Source of the DNA: Chrysomallon squamiferum
Lineage: Eukaryota; Animalia; Mollusca
DNA length: 64,000 nt
Direction: 5' to 3'
Assembly: GCA_012295275.1 (NCBI GenBank)
Contig: CM022676.1
Coordinates: forward strand, 15,686,001-15,750,000
The position numbers and the translations under genes are program-made. Below the pieces are notes generated by a model. The model did no database searches and was not told where the DNA came from. It saw only the letters and a list, made by a program, of their open reading frames with translations. Shown piece by piece: positions 1-12,283 of this stretch. The first letter of the stretch is position 1, and each line of letters starts with the position of its first letter.

Positions 1-146
1 TGTGTGTGTGTGTGTGTGTGTGTGCGCTTATATATATTAGAAGTATGTAGATGTGTGTGTGTCTGTGTGTATGTGTGTTTTTCTGTGTGTGTGTGACTTT
101 TTTCCTTAGATCAAGTTCATCAAACATGTGAGAACGACGACTGCAA

Positions 147-738
147 TTAGTTTATGCATTTGGTTTCAAGTGATCTGATGATGTACTTCCTCGATATATG
201 CAGCAGACAGGCGACATTCTCGCCTATTAGGACGACGTCATCCGTGTAAAGATATCTGTGTAAAAGAAATATAATAAGACTTTGAAAAGTGAGATAACTA
301 TGTGAGATTAATTAATTAGAAAATAATTACATTACTAAAAAAAACTCTATTGTTATCAACGTTACTGTCCGTATGTCTCTCTTACTCACTGTTTTCGTAC
401 GTGTGTTTCCATGTCTGTGTGTGTATGTGTGTGCGTCTGTCTGTGTATCTCTGTGTGTGTGTGTGGGGGGGGTTAACATACTTTAAGAACTCTGAGAAGA
501 TTTCTCCCTGCACATCCGGTATTATAATATCTGATTTTTCGCGAAGTGCTCCAGCCAACATCGGAATGAAAACTTCGCTTCGAATGATCAGAATAAACTG
601 ATGCGCATCAACAGCCGTTTTATGTTCCCCAACTAAAAATCTGACGTCCGTGTGAGTTCTTGTAAGAAAAACGTGTTCAACGCATTCTGTCAGATTCTTC
701 CCTGTGTGCCAACCTGAGACTGCAGATGAGGTGGCCAT
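147..738 (-). pseudogene. BTB/POZ-domain gene (BTBD1/2/3/6-like), two exons 738-482 and 255-147, premature stop just after the BTB domain
   Basis: Exon 1 reads MATSSAVSGWHTGKNLTECVEHVF...TDVRFLVG...AHQFILIIRSEVF...IIIPDVQGEIFSEFL. Donor GTATGT at 481 and acceptor TTACACAG at 256 join in phase 2. Exon 2 reads KYLYTDDVVLIGENVACLLHISRKYIIRSLETKCIN*LQSS, with TAA at 149-147. No BACK/PHR domain is seen in the window. Confidence 0.8.
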
Positions 739-754
739 GTTTTCACTACTAACA

Positions 755-823
<69 letters not shown>

Positions 824-1018
824 CATAATAATAATAATAATAATCATATTAACAACAATAAAAATAATATTATTATTATGGAGTAGGGACAGAAATGGAA
901 AAACAAACTGTTCACACATGGAACTGTAATAATTCAAGGAAAAAAATAATAAAAAGTAAAGTCATCAAAAAAAATCAAATAAATATCAATCAAATTAAAA
1001 TATAACATCAATAACTCA

Positions 1019-1066
<48 letters not shown>

Positions 1067-1439
1067 TGTTTATGCTCCAAAGTTTTCGTTTCTTTCTTTA
1101 TTTTTTCTAATTCCACGATATTACATAACTTTTGTTTTTGTTTTTAATCCAAATCCACAATAAATTAAGAATAAATTCGAAACACCAAAGGGAAATAACT
1201 TACGCTTTGTATTCATGGAAGTGGTAAAGGAATTATCTCCCACTGTATCAGTAAACACTTTTCTTGTCTGCTCTATGAAAATAGTTAAACACGATGTATT
1301 TGTTACTGAACATTTACTATGAACAATGATAATTAAACAACATAATTAAACAACAACAACAACAACATAATAATAATAATAATAATAATAATAATTATTA
1401 TTATTATTGTTATTATCATTATTATTATTACTGTCATTA

Positions 1440-1491
<52 letters not shown>

Positions 1492-1823
1492 CCTGATTTA
1501 TTAAAAAAGATTACTCTATAAGGCCGTGTTCTATAATAACAAACTGATGGAGTAGAATAAACTATATGTAGTATACACCAATATGCAATACTGCTCTTGC
1601 ACTTTATACTTCTAAAAAATGTTGGTTTAGGAAAAATAAAAATAACAAACTATGATGGATACTGTTAAAAACAAGGCGGAGATCTGGATACTCCACTTTT
1701 AAATATAGCCTCGTAATTGCATGCACGTTTCTTTGTGCGTATGTCTGTGCTTGTGTTTTTATATGTATAATTTAGCACTGACTATTCTTATGTACGTCTA
1801 ATTAGCCTGTAGACAATATTCAG

Positions 1824-1965
1824 AGGGGCGCTATCACAGGTGGACAAAGTCCAGTCATGATTTGACCAACCTGATCAGATGCCGCTGTCGAGACTCGAAC
1901 GTATGGCTCTCGTTCGCCCGCAGTCCGAAGGGAGACAACGCTATCGTTGGGCCATCAAGCCAAGC
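1824..1965 (-). mobile_element. tRNA-derived SINE-like head
   Basis: GC-richer island. On the minus strand an A-box-like TGGCCCAACGATAG (1954-1941) precedes a B-box-like GTTCGAGTC (1900-1892). No complete cloverleaf. Confidence 0.45.
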
Positions 1966-2790
1966 TTGAAAAGGTTGCTCAGTAACCGAGGGTAATCATC
2001 GCTTCACACGAAGGACACTGTTTTTTGCATGTCGAAATTTTCGTGTGCATCTAATTTTTTCTCAAAACCTGCCAATGGCAAGTATGTGTCGTCTGCTAAT
2101 TTGTGTGTACGAGTGTGTTTGTGTGTGAGTGGGTTTTATTTATGTATGTATTTATGCATGAATATATATTTATGTATGTATGTCTGTCTGTATGTATGTA
2201 TGGATGTATGTATGTATTTATGTATGTATGTATGCATGTATGTATGTATTTATGCATGTATGTATGCATGTATGTATGTATGCTGTATGTCTGTCAGTGT
2301 GCTCGATGATTTATTCATTGGAAAGTCAGAACTATCTCAGATCTAAATAATAAGCTTCTGCATATCATTTACACAATTAATATTTCTTCTATTTCGTTTC
2401 AGTTTTCAAGCTATCTGCTTTAAATTTTGAATCGTCATGTGTTCTTCAAGAAATCTAGACTATAAAGAGAAGAACTCTTTGTCCATATAATTTGTGTTTT
2501 TCATTTAAATATAAAACAAAACCGAGATGACAGATCTAGAAGCGATATAGTTGTAATAGTAGTATCATACTGGTAGCACTAGTACCATAGGTAATAGTAG
2601 TAGTAGCTGCAGCAGTAGTAACAGTAGTAGTAGTAGTAGTACTGGAAAGACTAGGGCTAGTAATAACAGTAGTAGTAGTAGTAGTAGTAGTAGTTGTGGT
2701 AAACTGGTAATAGTAGTTATGGTAGTATTAGGAGTAGTAGTTGTATAGTAATAGTAATAATAGTAATAGTGGTATTAGGAGTGGTAGTAG

Positions 2791-4210
2791 TCCATGCATT
2801 AAATGGAACGGCTTACCTCAAGATGTGATTAAAATCCCAGTTTTGGCTACTAAAGATTTCATCAGTCGACTGAAGCTGTTTTGGGTATCTGCACCTCCAA
2901 AGAACGCCCCTGCTGTATTTGAAAATGGACCGAGGAAAACCCTGCTGGTAAATTAATCAATCTGAAGAAACGTCAAATGACTGTCCATCAAACATTCGTC
3001 ATATGCACATCGTATGCTATAAGACGGGTAACGAAGCATCTGTCGCAAAGGACCAGCAGTATCGTGGTGTGAAGAAGTTTGCTGAGAAAGTTGGTCTGAG
3101 CGTTGCCTCTGCCAAAGTTTGTTCGATTCCTGGTACATCTTTATGGGATCTTACGATTTAGCTTTTCCGGTTGAATATCGTGTAGCTTTGTCTAAAGCAC
3201 CTGTGATGACGCTAGAACAAACTCTAGGAAATATACTACCACCAGAAGAACGATCAAAAGATTCAGAAGAAAAAGACGAATGGAGTAAATGGAGGAAGAA
3301 CGTTCAGTCTGATCGATGAAAACCTGAGACAACTGCATCGGATATTCTTGCCCAGTACATCTCGTTGAAAGGAGAACATGAAGCGATTCAACAACAACAC
3401 CGAGAAAAAACAATCCTCTGAACGAAAATCGACATCTCGATATGCAGAAAAAGTGATCAACGCTATCACCAGAGAAGAGAAGAGAAAAGTCGTGTAAGCT
3501 GCCGAACGAGAGGAAGCTAAAACATTGAAAGTAAGTTCTAAAGGCATGAAAATGACAGAAATAGCTAGTAGATTATTAGTTGTTAGTGTGGCAACAACCA
3601 GAGAACAATTAATTACTTGGGTTAGAAATTACAAACAAGAAGCAAATGAAATTTGTACAATACCTGGAGAAAATCAACCACTTGGTTGGTTCACTTTTAT
3701 CATGAGTGAGATTTCATTTCACAGAGTTTTGAAGTTACAACTTGAAATTGTGAATTCTAAAGTAGATCCGAAAGTGTCCCTTATTGACTATTTGAGAACA
3801 TGGGAACCTCCAAATGATTTAGATTTGGCTGAACCTGAAGAAAGCATGATGGATTTTTTATATTGGTGTTGTCATGCTCAAATTGTTGCACGAAAAATAG
3901 TATCCATTCTTCGAAAACGTGATACTGACCGTTACTGTGTCTGCTTGATTGGATAATCCACAACAGGTAAATCGTATTGGATGATTGAACCATTCACGAT
4001 TTTACAATCATCTGTAGTTGGACGTGCACGTAAAGACGCTGATTTGGTTTCGAGTCCTGCGCGAACAAAAATATTATTCTTGTTGATGAATGTAACATTT
4101 ATCAACCAGCTATGGACACCAACAAATCTTTGTTATGAGGTAATAAGGTGGAAGTTGTAAGGAAACAACGTATGGTGATCCATAAAACTGTTAGTTTTGT
4201 GTCCAGAGAT
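2791..4210 (+). pseudogene. Endogenous parvovirus/densovirus-like NS1 (Rep): HUH endonuclease + SF3 helicase, multiply disrupted
   Basis: HUH motif HMHIVC at 3000-3017. Walker A CLIG*STTGKS at 3951-3974 (TAA inside the motif). After a frameshift: GFESCANKNIILVDEC (Walker B 4073-4090), then MDTNKSLL*GNKVEVVRK (B' motif). Order and spacing match parvoviral NS1. No introns. Confidence 0.8.
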
Positions 4211-4389
4211 GAAAAACAAATGATTATAACACACAATTTTATGATTTTGTATTATTATAGACACTGTGATGCGGTTTACAAATTTCGGAGGACTGTTTTG
4301 TATTTTCTGCTTTTGCTTTAATACAAATTAAAATAAGATAAAAACAAATTTATTACTATTTATTTTACGTTTCTAAAAGCAGTGCGTTT

Positions 4390-5330
4390 TCCAGTACCAC
4401 CATTAGAACTCGCCCTAATATTTCCAGTATTGCTGTTATTACTAGCTTTACTTTTTCCATTTCTATTATCACTTTTAGTACTAGCCCTAATATTTCCAGT
4501 ACTACTACTATTATTACTAACTCTACTACTTTTGACATTTACCTAACTTACCTTGATATCCACCTGAACTTACCTTAATTACCGACATCACCTGAAATGA
4601 AAAATCAAATGCAAATTATCAGAGCATACAAGGATTCGAACTCCAAGCAGCGAGCGTAGCGAGCGTGAACGCTAATCACGACACCATCCGATCTCGGACA
4701 ATCAACATACGAAAATAACTTCTAGTCAATCCTGCGATCGATGTTGTGCAGTCGATTTTGGGTTATCTCCAAACATGGCGATTATCTGCAGAAGCCGTCA
4801 TTTTCATTTTATTTGATCTCACTCTTTTAAATATAAATCCACACACTCGTTAATATTTAGCATATAAAATAAAATATTTAATAAAATAAACATTTATATA
4901 AAATTTAAAAAAATTGCATTAATAGTTTCTAAAAATAAAAATGATGTCATTATTCCCGGAAGTTTTCTAACTCTTATAGTATTGCAGGATATTATGCAAA
5001 TTCAGAAAATGGCGGCTTCTACAAATAATCGCTATGTTGGGAGGTATCACCAAATCGATTGCACAACATCGATCGCAGGACTGACTAGAAGTTATTTTCG
5101 TATGTTCCTCGTCCGAGATCGGATGGTATCGTGGTTAGCGTTCACGCTAGCTACGCTCGCTGCTTGAGTTCAAATCCTTGCTCAGATAATTAACCTTTCC
5201 TTTCTCGTTCCAGGTGATGTCGGTCATCAGGTAATTAAGGTAAATAAAGGGGAACATAAAGATAAGTTAGATAAACGTAATAATAGTAGTACTGGAAATA
5301 GTAGGGCTAATAATAATAGTAGTAGTGCTG
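4390..5330. repeat. Long imperfect inverted repeat (arms ~4390-4805 and ~5005-5330, ~200 bp AT-rich spacer); each arm has a tRNA-like Pol III head
   Basis: The reverse complement of 4621-4805 aligns by eye with 5005-5185, e.g. CACAACATCGATCGCAGGA.TGACTAGAAGTTATTTTCGTATGTT. B-boxes: GGAGTTCGAATCC (minus, 4644-4632) and GAGTTCAAATCC (plus, 5166-5177). Confidence 0.85.
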
Positions 5331-6465
5331 GAAATAGTAGGATTAGTAATAATAGTAGTACTGGAAAGAGTAGGGCTAATAATAGTAGTACTGGAAATAG
5401 TAGGGTTAGTAATAATAGTAGTACTGGAAATAGAGGGGCTAATAATAGTAGTAGTACTGGATATAATAGGGCTAATAATAATAATAGTAGTGCTGGACAT
5501 AGTAATAGTAGTACTGGAAATAGAAGGCCTAATAATAGTAGTAGTACTGGAAATAGAAGCGCTAGTAATAATAGTAGTCCTGGAAATGATAAGACTAATA
5601 CTAGTAGTAGTAGTAGTACTGGAAATAGTAGGGCTAATAATAATAATAATAGTAGTAGTGCTGGAAATAGAAGGGCTAGTAATAATAGTAGTGCTGGAAA
5701 TGATAGGGTTAAATAATAGTAGTATTAGTACTGAAAATAGTTCGGCTAATAATAGTAGTACTGGAAATAGTAGTGCTGGAAATATTAATAATAACAGTAG
5801 TGCTGGAAATAGAAGTGCTAATAATTGAAGTAGTACTGGAAATAGTAGGGCTAATAATAATAGTAGTAGTACTGGAAATAGTAATAGTAGTGCTGGTAAT
5901 AAAAGGGCTAGTAATAATAGTAGTGCTGCAAATAGTAGGGCTAATAATAGTAGTAGTGCTGGAAATAGAAGGGCTAGGAATAATAATAGTAGTACTGGAA
6001 ATAGTAATAGTAGTGCTGGAAATAGAAGGGTTAGTAATACTAGTAGTAATTCTGGAAATAGTTCGGCTAATAATAGTAGTGCTTGAAATAGTAGGGCTAG
6101 TAATAATAGTAGTGCTGGAAATAGAAGGGCTAGGAATAATAGTAGTGATGGAAATAGTAATAGTAGTGCTGGAAATAGAAGGGCTAGGAATAATAGTAGT
6201 GCTGGAAATAGAAGGGCTAGTAATAATAGTAGTGCTGGAAATAGAAGGGCTAGGAATAATAGTAGTGCTGGAAATAGAAGGGCTAGTAATAAAAGTAGTA
6301 ATGGAAAGAGTAGGGTTAGTAATAATAGTAGTACTGGAAATAGTAGAGCTAGTAATAATAATAGCAGTACTCCTTCGGAAAGAGTAGGACTACTAATAGT
6401 AGTATTAGTAGTAGTAATAGTAGTAATAGTAGTAATAGTAGTAGTAGTGGAAATAGTAACAGTAG
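5275..6465. repeat. Minisatellite, ~27-33 bp unit AGTAGTGCTGGAAATAGAAGGGCTAGTAATAAT
   Basis: Dozens of tandem variant copies are directly visible. It explains ORFs 5267..6487, 5325..5828 and 5773..6387. Confidence 0.95.
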
Positions 6466-7704
6466 AACTACATTTACCCACACACACAGTAGTAAATTCT
6501 TGTCATTATCTGCAGAGACAGATATGTAATTGTAGAGACAGATCGATAAACTGATCAATAAATAAACAGGTAGTCACAGAGGCAGACATATTGATATCTC
6601 AAACTAGTAAATAAACTTTCCTGATAAATCAAAGTTTTGAAACCTGTACACTGTAAATGTTATTTCTTAAATACAGCAGAGCTCTATATTGCTACTATAA
6701 TAATTATTACTTAAATATTTATTTTTGTTTTTCTTGCTTTAAATATTTCTTTTCGTTTACTATGTATACACACATCAGAAGATCTGGACAACCAAAAACG
6801 TTAGAACCTTTGACTGCATGAACTAAAACAGTCTTAAAAGAAATAAACAGAAACATTAAAATTTGTTCTAAGATATAGAACTGCACATTTTAATATAAAC
6901 TAATTTTGAATATTTGAACTGACAGCAGCCAGAATGTGGGATGTACCTACTGTTTCACCATCTTCCTGTTATTAATTTATGTAGTGATTTTGTTATCGAA
7001 AGTGGAATATAATAAATATACTGCTGATAGATAACAAACAGATATTGACAAATTTGGAGGAACATGGTCTATTGTTAGAAATAAATTATCAAATATAACC
7101 AGCATTTATTCAGTTACACAACTCAGAAATTTGAGTTTTCTTGTTTTCGCAGTTGTTTCCTAAGCAGAGACAGCTCAGTGAGTTGTTATTTAATTTACGT
7201 GTAAATTACGTTTTCATCAAAGTGTGGTATCATCTACTTTACATAGATTAAATATTTTGTCATTGTATTGTAAATTAATACAACCTCAGCAATATACAGG
7301 TTACTTAAACTTTATTCAGTTTTTTAACTAAATTTATAAATATCTACAGCTAAATACAGACACACACACAAATATATATGTGTAAATATAATGAAAATAA
7401 TTCTAATATGTTTGTAACTCATAATGTATGGTGTTGATTTTTCAACTCAGATTATGTAACAATTTATTTTATTAATTTGTTTTCTGTCACACAACATTTT
7501 ACGTTTACAACTAATTTTTCCACTTGATGGATTTGCTTTAAAAGGACTGGCATTTCGTAGTCAGAAGAAAAAAAAACACAGATGTGATAGCCAATATTCA
7601 GGCAGGAAAGCAGTGTTTTCAAATGACATTTTCTTTATGTAAGAGTATGGTAAGCCATTGTCTGTTCTTATGCTGATAGGGTATAATGTATACATTAACA
7701 TGAG

Positions 7705-7790
7705 TTGTGTTTATGTTTCTAGTGGATGGATGCAATTATTGTTTCATAGAGATTGCTGTCGGTTTATTTTTAAAGTTCCTTACCAGGTAT
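7705..7790 (+). mobile_element. Short fragment resembling the Gypsy LTRs at 58286-58967 and 61641-62110
   Basis: CTAGTGGATGGATGCAATTATTGTTTCATAGAGATTGCTGTC resembles CTAGTGGATAGATAAACTTATTGGTTTATATAGATTGCTGTC (58830). Confidence 0.35.
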
Positions 7791-7925
7791 GGACACTGTG
7801 ATGTATATAAATTACACATACAGCTATATACACACACACACACACATACAAACACACAGATAGTCGATAGTGTATATATTATACATACAGATATCTATAA
7901 ACACAGATACTCTGTGTGTGTGTTG

Positions 7926-7967
<42 letters not shown>

Positions 7968-8077
7968 CACCTATACACAGATAATCTGTGTATACATATC
8001 AGTTTATGCATTACATATACATCAACAGATATGTGTGTGCTTACAAGTGTACATATACATGTAGACACATATCTCTT

Positions 8078-8160
8078 GATATTAGCATAATCATTGTTCA
8101 TTTCTGACGTCCGCAATCTTTTAGTTGTAAAAAAAACACACAATAATAATAAATAACAAA

Positions 8161-8216
<56 letters not shown>

Positions 8217-8486
8217 TAAAAAAATAAATGAATACAAAAATATAAATATACAAATAAATATATAAATATATAAATACAAATAAAAATAAAAAACATATAA
8301 ATAAACCGGATGTTTGTGAAACAAATGTTGTCATTCCTCAGTTTCATTTAACTGATACCAGTAACTGAATTACAACTGTACATTTAGCTGAAAACCAGTT
8401 GGTTTTAATCTTATCATCATTATATATATGCGGTTACATAGATAGATAATGGATTATGCATGGCAACTGCAAATAATGAAAATAAC

Positions 8487-8554
<68 letters not shown>

Positions 8555-9017
8555 CATCTCACAATCACCACCTTTTACAGACACACACCTCACTCACAAA
8601 ACACAAACACACATAGAGGATATTCATGATGATCCTTTCATGTAATATCATTCAATTAACACTAAGTTAGCTGACGTCCGCCAGATCTAAAATGAACACA
8701 TAAATAATTAAATAAATAAATGAATTAGAAACAATTTCACTTTTTTACAAGATTAGTTTTGAGTTCAAATTTTAGTAAAGCGCTCCATATTTTAATCTTA
8801 ATAAATAAAGTAATAATAATAACAAAAGTAAGAAAAACAAATGAAAATAAAATGTTTGTTGGTACTTGAAGTATCAAAAGCAACTCTGATAAAATATTCT
8901 TAAGAATTTACAAGTAAATTGCGAAATATAAATAATTAATAATTTTATAATTAAATACATCAGGAAGAGAGCGGCCATTTCACTGATCTTGTACCAGTTC
9001 CAAACGCTCCTTTAGAC
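8078..9017 (+). mobile_element. Non-autonomous interspersed repeat with internal microsatellites, copy 1
   Basis: Both ends and internal blocks match 20762-21800 in inverted orientation, e.g. GTACCAGTTCCAAACGCTCCTTTAGACT vs AGTCTAAAGGAAGTGGTTGGAACTGGTA and AAACAAATGTTG vs CAACATTTGTTT. Strand is arbitrary. Confidence 0.65.
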
Positions 9018-9070
9018 TAGATTGTCTAGTATATCTTGCGTATGTGTTCGATGATGTGTGAACATTATCT

Positions 9071-9270
9071 NNNNNNNNNNNNNNNNNNNNNNNNNNNNNN
9101 NNNNNNNNNNNNNNNNNNNNNNNNNNNNNNNNNNNNNNNNNNNNNNNNNNNNNNNNNNNNNNNNNNNNNNNNNNNNNNNNNNNNNNNNNNNNNNNNNNNN
9201 NNNNNNNNNNNNNNNNNNNNNNNNNNNNNNNNNNNNNNNNNNNNNNNNNNNNNNNNNNNNNNNNNNNNNN
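9071..9270. other. Assembly gap (200 N)
   Basis: Run of n. Confidence 1.
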
Positions 9271-9335
<65 letters not shown>

Positions 9336-9337
9336 CA

Positions 9338-9385
<48 letters not shown>

Positions 9386-9529
9386 TAATAAAAATAAAAT
9401 TAAAGGTATATTTTATCAATTACCATTATTTAATATAATAAATGTTGTGATATTTGTTTACCAGGTCATCTCATAGTATTTTCTGTTTGTTTTGTGTGTG
9501 TTTGTTATTTCAGTACTTGTAATTTTTAT

Positions 9530-11045
9530 TTAAAATTTTTTGTTTTTAGGAAATGCAAAAGATGAACATGTGCATGAAACAAGGTAACACTGACTCATAG
9601 TAGGAATTAATATACTTTATTATTTTTTGTAACAGTGTATGTGTTGATGAATATGTGTTAATGTATAACAGCGACTGTACATTTTATTGCTCACAAATGA
9701 ATGAATATATTTATTATGGAAACGAAACTTAAGAGTCTACTGATAAAATATCCTTTTCCAGTCGGTTATTTTTGTGTTGAAATGAAGCTTTCAGTTCTAA
9801 ATAATGAACACAGTTCAGAGGTTCTATAACCATTGAATCTTAACCGTACGTAATTCCCGATTGATGTCCAAATATTTCTGTCTAGTAGCCTCTGGTCTCT
9901 TGACTATTTTGGGAGTGATGACACATTTTGTCTGGACATAAGTTCTCACTCTCGAGGCAACATTGGGCTGTAGTCGTCAATGTTAGTTACTTTTACACCG
10001 TTTTAGACGTATCTTAAATGTGTTGATTGATTAATACATCTTTCTCTGAATGAGAAAACTAATCCGTTCAGATCCAGAATGTATTATACTGATCATATGA
10101 TAACCATATTATGTAATGGTCACATACCTTTAACGGATCTTTTATGATATGATGTTTCCTGCTGTCAGTGTCCAATCTTAACCACCCAGTTTTCTTTAAC
10201 AGAATGACCGAAGGAGTACATCACTATTTGGATTCCGTTTTTCTATTCAGACAATTCGCTTGACTTATAACGGAACCTAATATCTTCAAACTTCACTGTC
10301 GAATTTATCTTTTTGTTTTTCGTTTGATATATTTCCAACCAAGAGTAAGTGTTTGTATCTCAGTATATGTAGGCATGCTATGGACCATCTTCTTAACAAA
10401 GAGTGTCTGCCTATGTGTCTGTATTTGTGTATTTCTGTTTGTGATGTGTGTTTATTTGTTTATGTATATGCATGTATGTAAGTCATCTGTCCATTTTTTT
10501 GTTTGTACGTGTGGGTATATTTTATATGTGTATGTGTGTATACATATATGTCTATGTGTGATGTGTGCATTTGTTTGTGTTTGTGTGTGATATGTATATG
10601 ACGTCTGTCTGTACGCCCCTTTTTGTCGTGTTTTCATATATAAAGATTGAACTGTATAAGAAAGCAAAATCACATAAAATAGAACGAGTGTCTGTTCAGT
10701 AGTCATCGTGAAGAATGATCGGCTATGATTATTTCATGTAACGCCTTTCATATTTAATGTCGTTCATATAAATAATGCGGATACATCGAGTTGGTTGTCT
10801 TATAGCATTTGCTTTATGTATGGGCACGTAAATATGTTAATGTGTGTGGGTTTGTTTGTGTTATTATCCAAGAATCCATAGTTACATTATTCAGTAATTA
10901 CCTTTTAATTAACTATTATTTACTTTTATATAGTTATTTATTTTGTTAAATATATTCTTTTTCTCTCATTTTCTTATGTATGTTTTATTTTAACGTATTA
11001 GTCAATAACTGTATTGCTCTTCTTATTATTTTTATAAATGTTTTT

Positions 11046-11079
<34 letters not shown>

Positions 11080-12047
11080 AAATTATTTAATTTTTTATTT
11101 GAATTTTTTTTTTCAGTTTTAATTGTAAATAGTTATAAATTTATAATTAAAACTGAAAAAGCTACCACTTAGAACACTTGTCTCTTTCAAATCACAGGAA
11201 CGTTTCTGAACCGCAGTCTCGAACGTACGACAATCTTGCTTTTGAGCCTGGTAAGTGCAACATTTTCTAAATGTTTATTTGAAGACTTACTTTACTGAAA
11301 GCTGTTTAAATTCTGCTCGTTCAATACATATTAAGACGTCTGTGAATCAGGAAAATGAATGAAGCTAAAAGGAAGTGATCAATGAACAAGAAAATAAAGG
11401 ACTATGAAACAGAATGGTGAAAAGTAATAATGAAATAATAATAATATAAAAAGTTTTCATTTATATACTGGGCTAAGAACGTGTGAGTTATTTTGCATAA
11501 CGTTAATGAGATAAGATCTAATTTATATTATCTCCTCAGATATGCAAAGTTTAATATTTGTCTGTGATAAATACAGAGTGTTTATAAACTAATGTTTGTG
11601 CAGTATGACAGGTTGTTTTATAAGCACCATAAACCAATTTCTATCTTAATAGCTGAGTAAATTAGAATCTGGTGAAGTTAGGCTGTATATCGCGTTTGAC
11701 ATTGTTTTCTCTCTGTCACTTCTGTTTTTTTATTTTTTATTATTTTTTTTTTTTTTTTTATGTATGTATATATATATATATGTATACACACATATATATT
11801 ACTTTATTTAATAATCTGTTGTTGTTGTTTTTTGTTACTTCTACGTTTAATTGTTAATGTATGACTTACTGTTTTTGAAACGAAACATAAATACGTATAT
11901 ATGTTTTTACTATGTCTTGTAGGGAACAGTCCAGAACCGAATCTGTATGAAGTACTTAGTGTCAAGGATAATGGACGAAGAAATTAATATATCTCTTTAT
12001 TAATGTGTTTACTTATAACATCGAAACAGCTTATTTTGTCACTTTTA

Positions 12048-12122
<75 letters not shown>

Positions 12123-12250
12123 TACACACATATATGCATTTATAGGATCAAATATTATAACACCTATTCACCATTATTGAATTTTATTATTCAGGAAAGC
12201 TAGTTAAATATGTACCTTTTTCATTTTCATACAATAACGCCTTTAGAGCC

Positions 12251-12283
<33 letters not shown>

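Noticed and set aside
704-1116. Poly-N, poly-I, poly-Y, SL and HT ORFs here and throughout the window
   Set aside because: Translations of (AAT)n, (CT)n, (CA)n and (AT)n microsatellites.
2953-3547. Minus-strand ORFs as an ambisense capsid gene
   Set aside because: They are antisense shadows of the NS1 relic with no PLA2 or capsid-like features.
4630-5180. Functional tRNA genes
   Set aside because: A/B boxes are present but I could not fold a convincing cloverleaf or anticodon arm.
5267-6487. 406-aa Leu-rich ORF and overlapping Ile/Val-rich ORFs resembling membrane proteins
   Set aside because: They are translations of a stop-poor minisatellite, open in several frames on both strands.
6934-7005. 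Hydrophobic stretch FTIFLLLIYVVILLSK as a signal-peptide or TM exon
   Set aside because: No in-frame ATG close upstream and no convincing donor.
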